From assembly GCA_937952095.1 (NCBI GenBank), contig CALFYG010000089.1, positions 1,114 to 65,113 of the forward strand: a stretch of DNA of 64,000 nt. The letters are read 5' to 3'. Each line of letters starts with the position of its first letter. Within the stretch, counting starts at the first letter, position 1. Shown in pieces: positions 1 to 8,887 of this stretch. The notes beneath the pieces are model-generated. The model saw only the letters and a list, made by a program, of their open reading frames with translations, was not told where the DNA came from and searched no databases. The translations under genes and the position numbers were made by a program. This DNA comes from an uncultured Micrococcales bacterium. GTDB taxonomy: Bacteria > Actinomycetota > Actinomycetes > S36-B12 > UBA10799.

Positions 1-336
1 GGTCGGATCCCCGAGTCCAAGTGGTTCCCGCGTCTGGCGATGATCGGCATCATCACCCCGCTTCTCGGTGCGAGCACCGGCTGGATCTTCACCGAGATGG
101 GCCGCCAGCCCTGGGTGGTCTTCAGCCTGATGCTCACGCAGAACGGTGTGAGCCCGACGGTCTCGGTGACGCAGGTACTGATCTCGATGACCGTGTTCAC
201 GCTGCTGTACGGCGTCCTGGCCGTGGTCGAGGTCGGCTTGCTGATGCGGGCGGTCAAGATCGGTCCGCCGGACTCGGTGGAATCCAACTACCCGGACAAG
301 GTCGGCGAAGACCGGCCGCTGACCGTGACCTACTGA
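1..336 (+). CDS. cydA: cytochrome bd quinol oxidase subunit I, C-terminal end (5' part lies upstream of window)
   Basis: Frame open from nt 1. The peptide ...ITPLLGASTGWIFTEMGRQPWVVFSLM... matches the conserved CydA C-terminal region. Stop lies 4 nt before cydB. Confidence 0.9.
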   Translation, partial: GRIPESKWFPRLAMIGIITPLLGASTGWIFTEMGRQPWVVFSLMLTQNGVSPTVSVTQVLISMTVFTLLYGVLAVVEVGLLMRAVKIGPPDSVESNYPDKVGEDRPLTVTY

Positions 337-340
337 GGAG

Positions 341-1420
341 ATGATCATGGAACTCCAACAGATCTGGATCATTCTCATCGCAGTCCTGTGGATGGGCTAC
401 TTCGTACTCGAGGGCTTCGACTTCGGCGTCGGCATCCTGCTCCCTGTGCTGGGCAAGAACGAGCAGGAGCGCCGGGCGATGCTCACCACGCTGGGCCCGG
501 TCTGGGACGGCAACGAGGTGTGGCTGCTGGTGGCCGGTGGCGCGACCTTCGCGGCGTTCCCGGAGTGGTACGCGACGCTGTTCAGCGGCTTCTACCTGCC
601 GTTGCTGCTCATCCTCGTGGCGCTGATCATCCGTGGTGTGGCCTTCGAGTACCGCAGCAAGCGCTCGAGCCTGACCTGGCGCAAGCGCTGGGACGCAGCG
701 ATCGTCGTGGGCTCCTTCCTGCCCGCGCTGCTGTGGGGTGTGGCGTTCGCGAACATCGTGCGCGGTGTGCCCATGAAGCAGGGCGAGTTCGGCAACAGCC
801 TGTACGACGGCGGGTTCTTCAACCTCCTCAACCCGTACGCGCTGATCGGCGGGCTCACCACCCTCACGCTGTTCATGACCCACGGTGCGATCTTCCTGGC
901 GCTCAAGACCGACGGTGATCTGCGCGTGCGTGCCAACAAGGTGGCCGGACAGGTCGGGCTCGTGGCGACCGTGCTCGCCGTGGTGTTCCTGCTGTGGACG
1001 CAACTGGCCTACAGCGACAAGGCCTGGACGTGGGCGCTGGTGGTCGTGGCGGCCGTGTGCTGGTTGGCCGGCCTGGCGATGAACCGGGCGGGCCGTGAGG
1101 GCTGGTCGTTCATCTTCAGCGCGATCACGCTCGCCGGTGCCGTCGCGTACCTGTTCAGCGTGCTCTACCCGAACGTCATGCCGGCGTCCAACGACCCGGC
1201 GCTGTCACTGACGATCTGGAACGCGAGCAGCACCGACTACACCCTGAAGATCATGACCGTGGTGGCCGTCATCTTCACGCCCATCGTGCTGGCCTACCAG
1301 TCGTGGACGTACTGGGTGTTCCGCAAGCGGGTGTCCCCGTCGCAGATCTCCGATGCGGGCGAGGGCTCGCTCGATCTGCCCGGCGAGGGCCAGAAGCCAG
1401 GGGAGACGGTCGGAGTCTGA
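341..1420 (+). CDS. cydB: cytochrome bd quinol oxidase subunit II
   Basis: Polytopic 359-aa ORF with WMGYFVLEGFDFGVGILLP...GPVWDGNEVWLL, the CydB signature. The GAGGAG SD at 335-340 fits ATG 347 slightly better than ATG 341. Confidence 0.93.
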   Translation: MIMELQQIWIILIAVLWMGYFVLEGFDFGVGILLPVLGKNEQERRAMLTTLGPVWDGNEVWLLVAGGATFAAFPEWYATLFSGFYLPLLLILVALIIRGVAFEYRSKRSSLTWRKRWDAAIVVGSFLPALLWGVAFANIVRGVPMKQGEFGNSLYDGGFFNLLNPYALIGGLTTLTLFMTHGAIFLALKTDGDLRVRANKVAGQVGLVATVLAVVFLLWTQLAYSDKAWTWALVVVAAVCWLAGLAMNRAGREGWSFIFSAITLAGAVAYLFSVLYPNVMPASNDPALSLTIWNASSTDYTLKIMTVVAVIFTPIVLAYQSWTYWVFRKRVSPSQISDAGEGSLDLPGEGQKPGETVGV

Positions 1421-1436
1421 ACCGACCGGGATCGGT

Positions 1437-1478
1437 GAGGGCGGCTGGATCGAGGGATCCCGCCGCCCTCTGATTCTT
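1437..1478 (+). terminator. hairpin with T-rich tail after cydB
   Basis: GAGGGCGGC (1437-1445) pairs with GCCGCCCTC (1462-1470), with a nested GGATC/GATCC stem, followed by TGATTCTT. Confidence 0.55.
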
Positions 1479-1564
1479 GACAGGCCCCGCGCTGGACCGT
1501 CGTGCGGCTGACGGATTCGCGCCCCGAGAACTGGTCACGGCGCAGCACTGGGCGCCGGGGACGA

Positions 1565-2029
1565 TCACGGGTGGCGCCGCCGGTGGGCCAGGCGCAGAGC
1601 CATCCGTACCGCGTCGCCCGGATGCTCCGCACGTTGCGGGCCCTCCGGGATGTTCCAGCCACCGACCATCACCACGGGGATCCGGGTCCGCATGGCCAGC
1701 GAGACCTCACTGAGCGAACCCCAACTGGTCCCCACGCAGATGACGGCGTCCGCGGAACGGACGATCAGCGCGTTGCGCATCTCGCCGAGGCCGGTGGGTA
1801 GGCCGATGGTCACGTACGGGTTGGCGTCGCGCTCGAGTCCGGGAAGGATGCCGACGACCACGCCGTCGTTGATCGCCGCCCCGCGGGCAGCCGCCTCCAT
1901 GACGCCGCCGTGGCCCCCGGTCACCACGACATGTCCGCCTGCTGCGAGAAGACGGCCGACCTCTTCGGCCGCCTGGAGTTCATCGGGCTGGGCCTGCGCA
2001 GGGCCGACCACAGCGATGGTGAATGGCAC
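1565..2029 (-). CDS. TIGR00725/LOG-like (SLOG) Rossmann-fold protein
   Basis: IAVVGPAQ...VVTGGHGGVMEAAARGA...ADAVICVGTSWGSLSEVSLA. GTG at 2029 chosen as start; the ORF extension to 2128 is Arg/Pro-rich. Confidence 0.7.
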   Translation of the reverse strand: MPFTIAVVGPAQAQPDELQAAEEVGRLLAAGGHVVVTGGHGGVMEAAARGAAINDGVVVGILPGLERDANPYVTIGLPTGLGEMRNALIVRSADAVICVGTSWGSLSEVSLAMRTRIPVVMVGGWNIPEGPQRAEHPGDAVRMALRLAHRRRHP

Positions 2030-2103
2030 GTGCGCCTCCCTTCCCCTTCCGCCATTGTGACCACGATCGGGGGTGCGCCGACGGGTGCCCCTACGATGTG
2101 GGC

Positions 2104-2454
2104 GTGACGGCAGCCGAGGTTGACGCATATCTGGACGGGGTGCCGCAGCCGCAGCGCGCGACCCTCGAGGTGGTACGGGCCCGCCTGCAGGCGCACCTGC
2201 CGGACGCTGAGGAGGTCATCTCCTACGGGGTGCCGGCCTTCGCCGTCGACGGCAAGGCGGTCGCCGGGTACTCCGCGGCGAAGAACCACTGCTCCTACCT
2301 GCCGATGAGTGGCTCGGTCCTGGCGAAGATGGCCGACGCGCTGGCCGGCTACCAATGGTCGAAGGGGGCGCTGCGGTTCGCCGTCGATGAGCCCCTGCCG
2401 GCGGATCTCATCGGGGCGCTGGTGGATGCACGATTGGCCGAAGTGAGCCGCTGA
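2104..2454 (+). CDS. DUF1801 (YdhG-like) domain protein
   Basis: VDAYLDGVPQPQRATLEVVRARL...ISYGVPAFAVDGKAVAGYSAAKNHCSYLP. GTG start at 2104 chosen. Confidence 0.7.
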   Translation: MTAAEVDAYLDGVPQPQRATLEVVRARLQAHLPDAEEVISYGVPAFAVDGKAVAGYSAAKNHCSYLPMSGSVLAKMADALAGYQWSKGALRFAVDEPLPADLIGALVDARLAEVSR

Positions 2455-2500
2455 GCTCGCTCGCGGCGTATGGTGCCCGCGTGCCCGGGTACCTTCTCGC

Positions 2501-3025
2501 ATGGCTGTCGACATCGTTCTCGTTCTCGGTTCCGAACACCGCCGTCTACGGCAACTCCTGGACCGGTGCGGCCGGTCCAGCCGGGGTTTCCATGACCCGG
2601 CCCAGGAGTTGCACAAGGCGCTGCGTGCACACGTACTGGCCGCCACCGCGGAGGTCTACCCGACCGCCGCGGCGCTTGGGTCTTCGTCGCAATGGCCCGC
2701 TGAGGAGATCGCCGACATCCGGATGTGCGCGGAGTCCAGCCATCCGGCTCGTGAGGAACTGACCGGCGCCGCGGAGGGGCTGATCCGCATCGAGCGGCAC
2801 ATCGTCGCGCTGCTCGAGCAACTCGGACTCGACGAACGCCGCCGCCTGGGAAAGGTCTTCCGGATCCGCCGCGACGCGCAGCTGCGCGGTTCGAGCAGCG
2901 GTTCGCGGCGTCGCCGGTCGCAGACGGAACTGTACGAAATGGCCCGCCGGGCCGGGGTGGAGCATCGCTCCCGGATGACGCAGGCACAACTACAGGCGGC
3001 CATCGAAGCCCGCAGCAGTGGTTGA
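2501..3025 (+). CDS. hypothetical protein, hemerythrin-like N-terminus and Rho_N/SAP-like C-terminus
   Basis: N-terminus DIVLVLGSEHRRLRQLL...ELHKALRAHVLAATAEVYP. C-terminus TELYEMARRAGVEHRSRMTQAQLQAAIEA resembles the Rho N-terminal helix pair. Confidence 0.5.
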   Translation: MAVDIVLVLGSEHRRLRQLLDRCGRSSRGFHDPAQELHKALRAHVLAATAEVYPTAAALGSSSQWPAEEIADIRMCAESSHPAREELTGAAEGLIRIERHIVALLEQLGLDERRRLGKVFRIRRDAQLRGSSSGSRRRRSQTELYEMARRAGVEHRSRMTQAQLQAAIEARSSG

Positions 3026-3119
3026 TCAATCAATCCGAAATGCACCTTTACGGGACCTACCGAAACATGTACTGTAGTTCGTGCGTCGAGAATCCGGCGC
3101 ACTCTCGGATCTACAGAGA

Positions 3120-3155
3120 CGTTGGATCCACCCGTCGATCGGTACCTCTCGGTAC
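3120..3155 (+). promoter_or_regulatory. candidate regulatory sites upstream of the GT-sigma gene
   Basis: CGTTG-N15-CGGTAC (3120-3145) is a one-mismatch variant of the nGnAT-N15-GGGTAC motif. TCGGTAC is directly repeated at 3139 and 3149 (10-bp phase). Confidence 0.25.
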
Positions 3156-3228
3156 GACTTCTGCATCCCGACGTGAGCTTCAGACACCAGGCCGCGTCGC
3201 TCCACACTCCTGTTGAGCGAGGTTTCCT

Positions 3229-4998
3229 ATGTTCATCCACGTTGTATCCCGTCCCCTGTCCGATGTGACGCACGTTCCCCGCAGCGGGGTCCGTGCCCTC
3301 GTTGACTCCATCCGGCGCGCCGGGGGTGAGGCGGACTTCGACATTGCCACCGCAGGTGACATCGGCGCCGCAGTCACGGCCTGCGGCGACCAGCTCCTCG
3401 CGAGTTGGCGCCACAAGCGCCCAGAGGTGGTGCACGCAGTCGGGGTGGTGGCCACGCTGGCCGCTCTGCACGTCCGCCCTGATGATCTACCGGTCGTGGC
3501 CACGTTCGACGAGAACCCCTCGCCCGCGCGGCTCGAGGAGGAACTCGCCAGACAGGTGGACGCAATCCTGCCTCTGTCGACCTCTGAGCAGCAGCGCTGG
3601 CGTGAGGCCGGCGTCCGCTCGCTGCCAGCGGGTGTGATGGGGGTGCCTGCGCCGGCCACGCCGATGCCGACACGTCCTCAGGACGGCCATGTGGTGAGCC
3701 TGTCCACTGGACCCGGCTTGGAGTCGCTCATCAGGTCGATGCCCTTGTGGGGACCCAAGCGGCTCGTGCTGCTCGGGCACATAGGTGAGGAGAAGTTGCG
3801 ACGCCTCCGGGCGGTCGCCGACGAACTTGGTGTTCGGGCCATGGTCGACCACCGTCCGGGGTTGCGCGGTCAGGCACGAACGGCCGTCTGGCGCGACGCG
3901 CTACTGCTCGTGGCGGGTGCGGAGGGTGCCCGCAACGGGGCACACGTGCTGGAGGCCGCGTCTCACGGTGTCACGTCCGTGGCGGTCGCACGTGAGGCAC
4001 ATCTCGACCACATCGTCCCCGGAGCGACCGGTGTACTGATCGAGCCGGACGACGGGGTGCGAGGCCTCGGAGAGGCTGTCGGCGAGCTTCTGGGCGATCC
4101 GCTGCGGTGCCGTGGCATGGGCTCGGCTGCGTGGTTGCGTCTGCACGCATTGCACGAGAAGCCCGCGGTGGGGCAGCACTTGTTGTCGATGTACGAGCGG
4201 GTCCTGGGCGATCCCGCCCCGGAACCGGTTCGTGTGAGCAGCACGGCGCCTCTGACCGAGGAGGGCACGGAGTTGGCCCTGGCCTACATGCCCCTGGCCC
4301 GCCAGCTGGCACATCGGTATGCGGGCCGCGGGCAGCGGATAGACGACCTCGTCCAGGTCGCCTCGCTGGGCCTGGTGCGAGCGGCGTCGCGGTTCGATCC
4401 CCATTTCGGGACCGAGTTCCACTCGTTCGCCGTGCCCACCATCCTCGGCGAACTGCGTCGGCACTTCCGTGATCACGCGTGGGCGGCCCGCGTCCCGCGC
4501 AGCCTTCAGGAGGTCACGCTGAAGGTGCAGAGGGTGTCCGACGAGCTGCGCTCCACGCATGGAAAGGATGCGACTCCCGCCGAAGTGGCCGAGCACCTGG
4601 GCCTTGTGGAGGAAGAGGTCCTGCAGGCTATGCAGGCGCGCGGTGAGGCGATGAGTTCCAAGTCCCTCGACCACCCGATGGGCGAGGACGGCGATGAGGC
4701 GTTCGGTGATCTGGTGGGCGACCTCGACCCGGATCTCGACTACGTGGAGATGAGGGAAGCCGTGCGCGCGGCTCTGCAGCAGCTGCCGGAACGCGAGCGG
4801 GAGATCCTGCTCATGCGCTTCTACGGCGAGCAGACCCAGTCCGAGACCGCGCAGGCGCTCGGACTGTCGCAGGTCCACGTGTCCCGCCTGATCACCAGGA
4901 CGCTGGCGGCGCTGCGCGACCACGTCTTGAACGACGTCCCGCTGCCGCGGTCGTGGCAGTCCGAGGACGGCGCAGAGCCCGGACGGCGCGCGGCCTGA
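3229..4998 (+). CDS. fusion protein: GT-B (GT1/GT4-like) glycosyltransferase-like domain + SigB/SigF-family sigma-70 factor
   Basis: Residues 1-335 carry ...LLLVAGAEGARNGAHVLEAASHGVTSVAVAREAHLDHIVPGATGVLIEPDD..LLGDP (GT1 C-terminal Rossmann pattern). Residues ~345-589 carry YMPLARQLAHRYAGRGQRIDDLVQVASLGLVRAASRFD, FAVPTILGELRRHFRDHAWAARVPRSLQE and LPEREREILLMRFYGEQTQSETAQALGLSQVHVSRL (sigma regions 2, 3, 4). One uninterrupted frame. Confidence 0.8.
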   Translation: MFIHVVSRPLSDVTHVPRSGVRALVDSIRRAGGEADFDIATAGDIGAAVTACGDQLLASWRHKRPEVVHAVGVVATLAALHVRPDDLPVVATFDENPSPARLEEELARQVDAILPLSTSEQQRWREAGVRSLPAGVMGVPAPATPMPTRPQDGHVVSLSTGPGLESLIRSMPLWGPKRLVLLGHIGEEKLRRLRAVADELGVRAMVDHRPGLRGQARTAVWRDALLLVAGAEGARNGAHVLEAASHGVTSVAVAREAHLDHIVPGATGVLIEPDDGVRGLGEAVGELLGDPLRCRGMGSAAWLRLHALHEKPAVGQHLLSMYERVLGDPAPEPVRVSSTAPLTEEGTELALAYMPLARQLAHRYAGRGQRIDDLVQVASLGLVRAASRFDPHFGTEFHSFAVPTILGELRRHFRDHAWAARVPRSLQEVTLKVQRVSDELRSTHGKDATPAEVAEHLGLVEEEVLQAMQARGEAMSSKSLDHPMGEDGDEAFGDLVGDLDPDLDYVEMREAVRAALQQLPEREREILLMRFYGEQTQSETAQALGLSQVHVSRLITRTLAALRDHVLNDVPLPRSWQSEDGAEPGRRAA

Positions 4999-5003
4999 TT
5001 CGT

Positions 5004-5042
5004 GCAACTCGCCGGCCGGCCCTCCGCCGGCCGGCGAGTTGC
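5004..5042 (+). terminator. perfect 17-bp GC-rich hairpin after the GT-sigma gene
   Basis: GCAACTCGCCGGCCGGC / GCCGGCCGGCGAGTTGC with the 5-nt loop CCTCC. No T-tract, which is common in high-GC actinobacteria. Confidence 0.6.
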
Positions 5043-5083
5043 CAAGCCCTGCCAACCGGCCCCGCCGACCGTCCTGCAGTTCC

Positions 5084-5109
5084 GGTATGGAAACCGGCGG
5101 ACCGGGAAA
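5084..5109 (+). promoter_or_regulatory. candidate SigB/F-like promoter of the heptose operon
   Basis: GGTAT-N15-GGGAAA, 58 nt upstream of the gmhB ATG. Same -35 pentamer and spacing as the stress-gene sites; the -10 is of GGGWAW type. Confidence 0.3.
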
Positions 5110-5167
5110 AAGCCCACATCTTGATTGACCTGTTCTTCTCTTCCGGAAGGACCAGTGAGGACTGAAC

Positions 5168-5707
5168 ATGATGGCCGTCAACGCGGTGCTGTTCGATCGT
5201 GATCACACACTGACGATCGACGACCCGCCCTACAACGGGGATCCGGACCTGGTGCGCCCCATGCCGGGCGCGGTGGAAGCTGTGGCCCGCCTGCGCACCG
5301 CGGGTATTCCCGTCGGGGTTGTGACAAACCAGGCAGGAATCGGTCTGGGACTGCTCACCCATGAGCAGGTCGAGAAGGTCAACGCGCGCGTTGACGAAGT
5401 GGTCGGACCCTTCGACACGTGGCAGTACTGCCCGCACGCTCCCGCCGACGAGTGCAGTTGCCGCAAACCCGCGCCCGGTCTGATTCTGCGTGCCGCCGAC
5501 GCTCTGGGAGTCGATGCGCGCACCGTGGTCGTCATCGGGGACACCGTCATGGACGTGGGAGCTGCCGAATCTGCCGGTGCCACCGGGATCCTCGTCCTCA
5601 CCGATCGGACACGGGCCTCGGAGATGCGGCGTTCCCGGCTCGTCTGCCGAGACCTTCTGTCAGCAGTCGACTGGGTCCTCGCGGGTCAGTGGGTGATGCC
5701 CGCATGA
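5168..5707 (+). CDS. gmhB: D-glycero-D-manno-heptose 1,7-bisphosphate phosphatase (HAD-IIIA)
   Basis: LFDRDHTL...VVTNQAGIG...CPHAPADECSCRKPAPGL...IGDTVMDVGAA (GmhB/HisB-N type motifs). Confidence 0.85.
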   Translation: MMAVNAVLFDRDHTLTIDDPPYNGDPDLVRPMPGAVEAVARLRTAGIPVGVVTNQAGIGLGLLTHEQVEKVNARVDEVVGPFDTWQYCPHAPADECSCRKPAPGLILRAADALGVDARTVVVIGDTVMDVGAAESAGATGILVLTDRTRASEMRRSRLVCRDLLSAVDWVLAGQWVMPA

Positions 5708-6711
5708 GTGCGCGCACGTTGGTGACCCGGCTCGACAGCGCCGGTGACGTGCTGCTGGCCGGACCAGCGGTGCGCGCCGTCGCGCGATCGGGTGCCAGCG
5801 TCCCCCTTCTGTGTTCGCGCAAGGGTCTGGCAGCGGCGCAGTTGCTGCCGGACGTCAGTGAGATCCTGGTCTTCGATGCCCCGTGGGTGCACGGCGATCC
5901 TCCGCCCTTGCGCGCACGCGACCTCGCATCGCTGAGCTGGCGCCTGTACCGCCGCCGCTTCGACGACGCGGTCATCCTGACCTCGTCCTTCCAGAGTTCG
6001 CTGCCCATGGCCATGCTCTTGCGCGCGGCGCGGGTGGGCCGGATCTGCGGGGTCAGCGACGACTACCCGGGAAGTCTGCTCGACGTGCGCGTGCGGGTCG
6101 ACGACGGTCTGCACGAGGCCGAGCGAGCCGCTGCGATCGCGCAGGCCGCGGGGTACCCCGCCGATGGCGAGGGTCCCCGCATCCGTGAGGACCTACCGGA
6201 GGTGCCGGGCTGGGCTCCGGGCGGACCGTACGTGGTGCTGCACCCCGGCGCTGAGGTCCCGGCACGCATGTGGGATCCGGACCTGGCGCGCGATGCGGTG
6301 GAACTCATGCAGCGTGAAGGTCACCGGGTTGTGGTCACGGGCGGCCCCGATGAGCGCGCACTGACTGCCCACGTCGCAGGCGCCCACGGCGTCGATCTCG
6401 GCGGGCGTACAACACTGGCACAGCTGGCTGGAGTGCTGCGGGGAGCACAGGCCGTGGTGGTGGGCAACACGGGCCCCGCACATCTGGCAGCAGCGCTCGG
6501 CGCACCTGTGGTGTCCTTGTTCTCGCCGGTCGTACCGGCGCACAAGTGGGCTCCCTACACCGACCGGCTTCTCGTGCTCGGCGACCAATACGCGGCATGT
6601 GCACAGACCCGGGCGCGGGAATGCCCGGTCGCGGGTCACCCATGTCTGCGCTCGGTCGGTCCGCGCGATGTCCTGGCCGCTGTCGAGACCCTCACGCGGG
6701 TGGTCGCATGA
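5704..6711 (+). CDS. GT9 family glycosyltransferase (heptosyltransferase-like) 1
   Basis: ATGA overlap with gmhB. RLDSAGDVLLAGPAVRAV...GGRTTLAQLAGVLRGAQAVVVGNTGPAHLAAALGAPVVSLFSP... Confidence 0.85.
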   Translation: MSARTLVTRLDSAGDVLLAGPAVRAVARSGASVPLLCSRKGLAAAQLLPDVSEILVFDAPWVHGDPPPLRARDLASLSWRLYRRRFDDAVILTSSFQSSLPMAMLLRAARVGRICGVSDDYPGSLLDVRVRVDDGLHEAERAAAIAQAAGYPADGEGPRIREDLPEVPGWAPGGPYVVLHPGAEVPARMWDPDLARDAVELMQREGHRVVVTGGPDERALTAHVAGAHGVDLGGRTTLAQLAGVLRGAQAVVVGNTGPAHLAAALGAPVVSLFSPVVPAHKWAPYTDRLLVLGDQYAACAQTRARECPVAGHPCLRSVGPRDVLAAVETLTRVVA

Positions 6712-7661
6712 AAGTGCTCATGTGGCATGTCCACGGCGCCTGGGCGACGGCGTTCGTCCACGGCCGCCACGAGGTGCTCGTTCCCCTGACACCGGACCGA
6801 GGACCCGACGGCCGTGGTCTGCCGGCCACCTACGCATGGCCGGCGTCCGCCCGCGCCGTCTCGCCCGGGGAACTCGCGCAGGAGCAGTTCGACGTGGTCG
6901 TTCTGCAGCGGACCGAGGAGATCGACCTGCTTCGCCTGTGGTGCGGTCTGCGGGCAGGGGTCGATGTGCCCGCGGTGTTCGTCGAACACAATGCGCCACT
7001 GCAGCCGGTGGCCAGCCGGCACCCGCTCGCAGAGCAGAGCCGGATCCCCATCGTGCATGTCACGCACTTCAACGCGCTGATGTGGGACAACGGGCGGGCC
7101 CGGACCGAGGTGATCGAACACGGGATTCCCGACCCGGGGCCGCGGTACCGCGGAACGCTTCCGAGGGCCGCGGTGGTGGTGAATGAACCCCTTCGCCGGG
7201 GACGCGTCACGGGCACTGATCTCCTGTCGACCGTCGCCGACTCCGCCGCGGTCGACGTCTTCGGCATCGGAACGGCGGCACTGACCACCTCGGCCCACCG
7301 GCACAAGATCCTCGGTCATGGCGACATCGCTCACGATCCGTTGCTGGATCTCGTCGCCGGGCGCCGGGTGTACGTGCACCTGTGCCGTTGGACCAGCCTG
7401 GGCCTTTCCCTGCTGGAGGCCATGGCGATGGGGATGCCGGTGGTCGGTCTGTCGACCACGGCGGCACCCGAGTCCCTGGCCGCGAGCGCGGCTGTACTGA
7501 CCAACGACCCGCATGTCCTGCGCAGCGCGCTGCGCGAGTACCTCAACGACGACGCCGCCGCCGACGCCGCCGGGCGCCGGAACAGGTCGGCCGTGCTTTC
7601 CCGCTTCAGTCTCGAGAGGTTCCAGACCGACTGGGACCGAGTACTCAAGGAGGTCCTCTGA
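6708..7661 (+). CDS. GT1/GT4-like glycosyltransferase
   Basis: ATGA overlap. ...RRVYVHLCRWTSLGLSLLEAMAMGMPVVGLSTTAAPE... (GT-B C-terminal motif). Confidence 0.75.
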   Translation: MKVLMWHVHGAWATAFVHGRHEVLVPLTPDRGPDGRGLPATYAWPASARAVSPGELAQEQFDVVVLQRTEEIDLLRLWCGLRAGVDVPAVFVEHNAPLQPVASRHPLAEQSRIPIVHVTHFNALMWDNGRARTEVIEHGIPDPGPRYRGTLPRAAVVVNEPLRRGRVTGTDLLSTVADSAAVDVFGIGTAALTTSAHRHKILGHGDIAHDPLLDLVAGRRVYVHLCRWTSLGLSLLEAMAMGMPVVGLSTTAAPESLAASAAVLTNDPHVLRSALREYLNDDAAADAAGRRNRSAVLSRFSLERFQTDWDRVLKEVL

Positions 7662-8887
7662 TGAGGATTGCAATGGTGTCCGAACATGCCAGTCCGCTGG
7701 CCGTGCTCGGGGGTGTGGATGCCGGCGGCCAGAACGTCCACGTCGATGCACTCGCCCGCAACCTCGCCGCCCGCGGTCACGAGGTGGTCGTGCACACCCG
7801 GCGCGACGACCCTGACCTGCCCACCACCGTCGAGCTCGCACCTCGGTTGCGCGTGCATCACGTCGACGCGGGCCCGCCCACGTATGTGCCCAAGGACGAA
7901 TTCGGGCCATTCCTGCCGCGGTTCGCGGAGGAACTCGCACGCTACTGGGGTCGTTGGCGACCCGACATCGTCCACGCGCACTTCTGGATGAGCGGGGTGG
8001 TGAGCCTACTGGGCACCGAGCAGTACGCGATTCCGTCGGCGATCACATTCCACGCCCTCGGCGTGGTCAAGAAGCGGCACCAGGCGCAGGCCGACACCAG
8101 TCCTGATGTCCGGATCCCCGCCGAGCGGCAACTGATCGCTCGCATGGATCGCATCATCGCCACGTGCAGTGATGAGGTCCGTGAGTTGCAGGGTCTCGGT
8201 GGCGAGATCGACCGCATCGACGTCGTGCCGTGTGGTGTCGATGCGCAGGCCTTCGTGCCCCGGCCCTCGGTGCGGCCCGACGGACGTCCGTTCCAGGTCC
8301 TGTCGCTGGGCCGTCTCGTGCCGCGCAAGGGGGTTGGTGAGGCCGTGCGCATGATGACGGAACTCCCTGATGCGGAGTTGGTGGTCGCAGGCGGACCGCC
8401 CGCGGCCGAGGTGGACGACGACCCGGAGGTCAAGCGGCTCCGATCGTTGGCCAGGGAGCTCGGTGTGGCTGATCGGGTACGCTTCGTCGGCGCCGTGGAC
8501 CGCGATCGCGTGCCGCAGCTGGTGGCCGACTGTGACGTGGCCGTGTGCCTTCCCTGGTACGAGCCGTTCGGCATCGTGCCGCTGGAGATCATGGCCTGCG
8601 GCCGGCCGGTGGTCGGATCTGCGGTCGGGGGCCTTCTCGACACGGTCAGTGACGGCAGGACCGGACTACTCGTAGCACCCAAGGCACCGAGTGAGGCTGC
8701 TTCGGCCGTGCGGCGTCTGCTCGACGACCCCCGGCGGCGCGCCCGAATGGGTGAGGCCGCACGCCGCAAGGTGGAGCGTCTGTACGACTGGCGAGAGGTC
8801 GCCGAGGCGACCGAGGCGGTGTACCAGCAGATGTTGCAGGAGCGCGGACCGAAGCAGTCCGTCGCGGTGGGACGGACGGCGCGGTAA
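7661..8887 (+). CDS. GT4 family glycosyltransferase
   Basis: 1-nt TGATG overlap. MRIAMVSEHASPLAVLGGVDAGGQNVHVDALARNLAARGHEVVVHT...CLPWYEPFGIVPLEIMACGRPVVGSAVGGLLDTVSDGRTGLLV. Confidence 0.88.
   Translation: MRIAMVSEHASPLAVLGGVDAGGQNVHVDALARNLAARGHEVVVHTRRDDPDLPTTVELAPRLRVHHVDAGPPTYVPKDEFGPFLPRFAEELARYWGRWRPDIVHAHFWMSGVVSLLGTEQYAIPSAITFHALGVVKKRHQAQADTSPDVRIPAERQLIARMDRIIATCSDEVRELQGLGGEIDRIDVVPCGVDAQAFVPRPSVRPDGRPFQVLSLGRLVPRKGVGEAVRMMTELPDAELVVAGGPPAAEVDDDPEVKRLRSLARELGVADRVRFVGAVDRDRVPQLVADCDVAVCLPWYEPFGIVPLEIMACGRPVVGSAVGGLLDTVSDGRTGLLVAPKAPSEAASAVRRLLDDPRRRARMGEAARRKVERLYDWREVAEATEAVYQQMLQERGPKQSVAVGRTAR

Noticed and set aside
3022-3216. 64-aa ORF in the GC-poor intergenic region.
   Set aside because: It has low GC3, which is atypical for genes in this genome. 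It has a TTG start without an SD and no recognisable motif. Treated as a non-coding regulatory region.
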